DNA of 64,000 nt, taken from assembly GCA_963844035.1 (NCBI GenBank), contig CAWJMT010000036.1, positions 32,001 through 96,000 on the forward strand. Direction: 5' to 3'. Position 1 is the first letter of the stretch, and each line of letters opens with the position of its first letter. The DNA comes from an uncultured Gemmatimonadales bacterium (GTDB lineage: Bacteria > Gemmatimonadota > Gemmatimonadetes > Gemmatimonadales > GWC2-71-9). Shown here piece by piece: positions 61,964 to 64,000 of the stretch. Both the position numbers and the translations under genes were made by a program. The notes beneath the pieces were generated by a model that searched no databases, had not been told where the DNA came from, and saw only the letters and a program-made list of their open reading frames with translations.

Positions 61964-62541
61964 TGCATTGTACGATGGAGGAGTTGCTGGCCCAGCGGGC
62001 GAATGAGGGGTCGGTGTGGGGGCGCCAGCATCTCGCCGAGTGTCCGGTGTGCCAGGCCGAGATGGAGGCACTGTACCAGCGCGTCGCGCAGCTGAAGGCG
62101 CTGCCGCCGATCGGTCCGTCGCGGGACCGGTGGCCCGTCATCCGTCAGCGGGTTGTTGGTGCGCGCACGCGGGAGCGTCGCAACTGGGCGGTTCGGGGCC
62201 TCGCGGCGGCCGCGTTGCTCGCCGGTATAGCGGTGTTCCGTCCCTTCAGTGGGGCGTCGGCATACGCGGAGGACCTGGAGCGGGCCAAGCAGCAGTCGGC
62301 CTCGCTCGAAACCGAGCTGCAGGAGTACAATCCCGACTCGCGGGTCGTGAGCGGACGGGCCGCGTCGCTTGCGGCAGAATTGGAAGATCGCATCGCCGCA
62401 GTGGATGGCTGGCTGGCGCAGGTGAGCGGTACGCCGGCCGAGCGTGACCCAGATCTCGTGAAGATGTGGCAGGACCGCGTGAATCTGATGCAGCAGCTGG
62501 TGGATGTGCACGTGACCAGCGCGTCGTACGTGGGCTTGTGA
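61960..62541 (+). CDS. Putative zinc-binding anti-sigma factor
   Basis: ATGA coupling, HLAECPVC, one TM helix. Confidence 0.78.
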   Translation: MMHCTMEELLAQRANEGSVWGRQHLAECPVCQAEMEALYQRVAQLKALPPIGPSRDRWPVIRQRVVGARTRERRNWAVRGLAAAALLAGIAVFRPFSGASAYAEDLERAKQQSASLETELQEYNPDSRVVSGRAASLAAELEDRIAAVDGWLAQVSGTPAERDPDLVKMWQDRVNLMQQLVDVHVTSASYVGL

Positions 62542-63416
62542 CGTCTCGCGAAGCAGAGCGGATCCTATTCATTCTCGCTACCATCGTGCTGAGTCTGCCC
62601 CGGCCTTCGGCCGCGCAGGCGCAGCCGAACCAGCCACGGCCGCGCACCCTGGTGCCGACCCGTGGACCGCACGGTCGCCTCGGGGTCGTCGTCAAGACGG
62701 GAGCCGCTCCGAGCACTGACAGCATCGGCGCGTGGATCGAGGCGGTCACGCCCGGAGGGCCTGCGGCAAAAGCCGGTCTCAAGGCCGGTGACGTCATCAC
62801 CAAATTCAACGGGACGGCGCTCGCCGGCTTGGCGGCGCCCGAGGAGAATGCCTCGGGCCCGGGGCGCAAACTGGTGACGCTGGCGCGCGATCTGGCGCCC
62901 GGCGACACGGCCCCCATCGAGTACCGTCGCGGCAGTGACTCGAAGAAGACGAGAATCGTCACGGAGGACGTCGGTTCGTGGATGGTCATCGTGGACCCCG
63001 TGGAGCCTGTGGGGCCCGGTATCGTTCAAGTTCCTGGGGGTGGAGACCCGGGGTTCCCTTCGTTCTGCTTCGGCGAGTCCTGGTGCGACATCGAGCTCGT
63101 CACCGTCACACCGGAGTTGGGTGACTACTTCGGCACCAAAGAGGGGGTGTTGGTGGTGAAGGCGCCCGGGGACTCGACCCTGCCCCTGAGGAGCGGCGAT
63201 GTGATTCTCGTGATCGGCGGGCGGCGGCCCACGTCCCCCTCGCACGCGATGCGCATCCTGCGGTCCTACGAGGGGGGAGAGACCGTGACCATCGAGATCC
63301 TGCGCAAGAAGAAACACTCGACGGTGGCGTGGCTGGTACCGCGATCCGAAGACCGGTTGCGCCCGTTCCTGCGGATGCACCGGATCGTCCCCGACTCACC
63401 GTCTACCCGAAACTGA
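62538..63416 (+). CDS. Secreted tandem-PDZ domain protein
   Basis: GRLGV, VTPGGPAAKAGLKAGDVI, GVLV...LRSGDVI. Confidence 0.82.
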   Translation: MTSREAERILFILATIVLSLPRPSAAQAQPNQPRPRTLVPTRGPHGRLGVVVKTGAAPSTDSIGAWIEAVTPGGPAAKAGLKAGDVITKFNGTALAGLAAPEENASGPGRKLVTLARDLAPGDTAPIEYRRGSDSKKTRIVTEDVGSWMVIVDPVEPVGPGIVQVPGGGDPGFPSFCFGESWCDIELVTVTPELGDYFGTKEGVLVVKAPGDSTLPLRSGDVILVIGGRRPTSPSHAMRILRSYEGGETVTIEILRKKKHSTVAWLVPRSEDRLRPFLRMHRIVPDSPSTRN

Positions 63417-63419
63417 CGG

Positions 63420-64000
63420 CTATTTGCGCCGCCGCGCGGCCGGGAGCACCTGGTCGAAGGCGGTGAACTCGAAGGGCTTGGGAATGTAGGGGCGCCCGGT
63501 GCCCACCAGGAAGCTCCGCACCTGCTCATCCACCAGCTGGCCGGTCGTGAAAATCACTCGCTCCGCGTGCTCGGCGTCCTTGAGACGGAGCTCCCCATAA
63601 AGCTGTTCCCCGGACAGGTCGGGCATTCGCATGTCGACAATGACGGCATCGAACGTGCCTTCGCGCAGGCGGGCGAGGCCATCCTTGCCGCTCGCCGTGG
63701 TTTCCACCTCATGGCCCCGGCCGGCGAAGTACCGTTGGAGCGCGACGCGCACTGAGGCTTCGTCGTCGACCACGAGTATGCGCAGCTGGTCGCCCACGGG
63801 CGCTGCCAGGGGCAAGCGGCTGTACTCGTCGGAGCCGCGCGCCAGCACGATCGGCAGCTCAACCACAAAACGCGCGCCGCCGGTGGGGGCATTTTCGGCC
63901 CAGATGCGACCATCGTGCTCCCGCACGATGCCCAGTGAAATCGACAACCCGAGCCCGGTCCCCGATCCCGTGGGTTTCGTGGTGAAGAACGGGTTGAAGA
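63420..64000 (-). CDS. Hybrid sensor histidine kinase, C-terminal HATPase + REC (partial)
   Basis: FNPFFTTKPTGSGTGLGLSI, GGARF; ILVVDDE, DMRMP, KPF. Confidence 0.9.
   Translation of the reverse strand, partial: FNPFFTTKPTGSGTGLGLSISLGIVREHDGRIWAENAPTGGARFVVELPIVLARGSDEYSRLPLAAPVGDQLRILVVDDEASVRVALQRYFAGRGHEVETTASGKDGLARLREGTFDAVIVDMRMPDLSGEQLYGELRLKDAEHAERVIFTTGQLVDEQVRSFLVGTGRPYIPKPFEFTAFDQVLPAARRRK

Overview
A high-GC (roughly two-thirds, by eye) bacterial chromosome segment. Gene content and architecture suggest Gemmatimonadota, which is an inference. It carries about 60 protein genes: gyrA, leuS, thyX, rnhA, selD, serA, argCBD-argA, cysAWT-sbp plus a porin, thiolase/hbd, signalling proteins and ECF modules. 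No rRNA, tRNA, CRISPR array or mobile element was recognised. About ten genes are broken by isolated single-base frameshifts, most likely long-read consensus errors. The main find is an unannotated Cys-rich leader ORF (MIIALRCCPMCCCPRQPQGWTGAMVRALSM, five TGT codons) upstream of the sulfate-uptake operon. It has its own promoter and mutually exclusive antiterminator/intrinsic-terminator pairings, which together look like a cysteine-sensing ribosome-mediated attenuator. Also notable: a KamA + two ATP-grasp + GNAT operon of unknown product behind a leader terminator; a Fur-boxed porin-imelysin-di-heme iron module; an MCP/binding-protein/porin triad; two divergent genes sharing one CATG start; a recurring AAGT-N15-TTA intergenic motif; and families of 7-8-mer tandem and inverted repeats.
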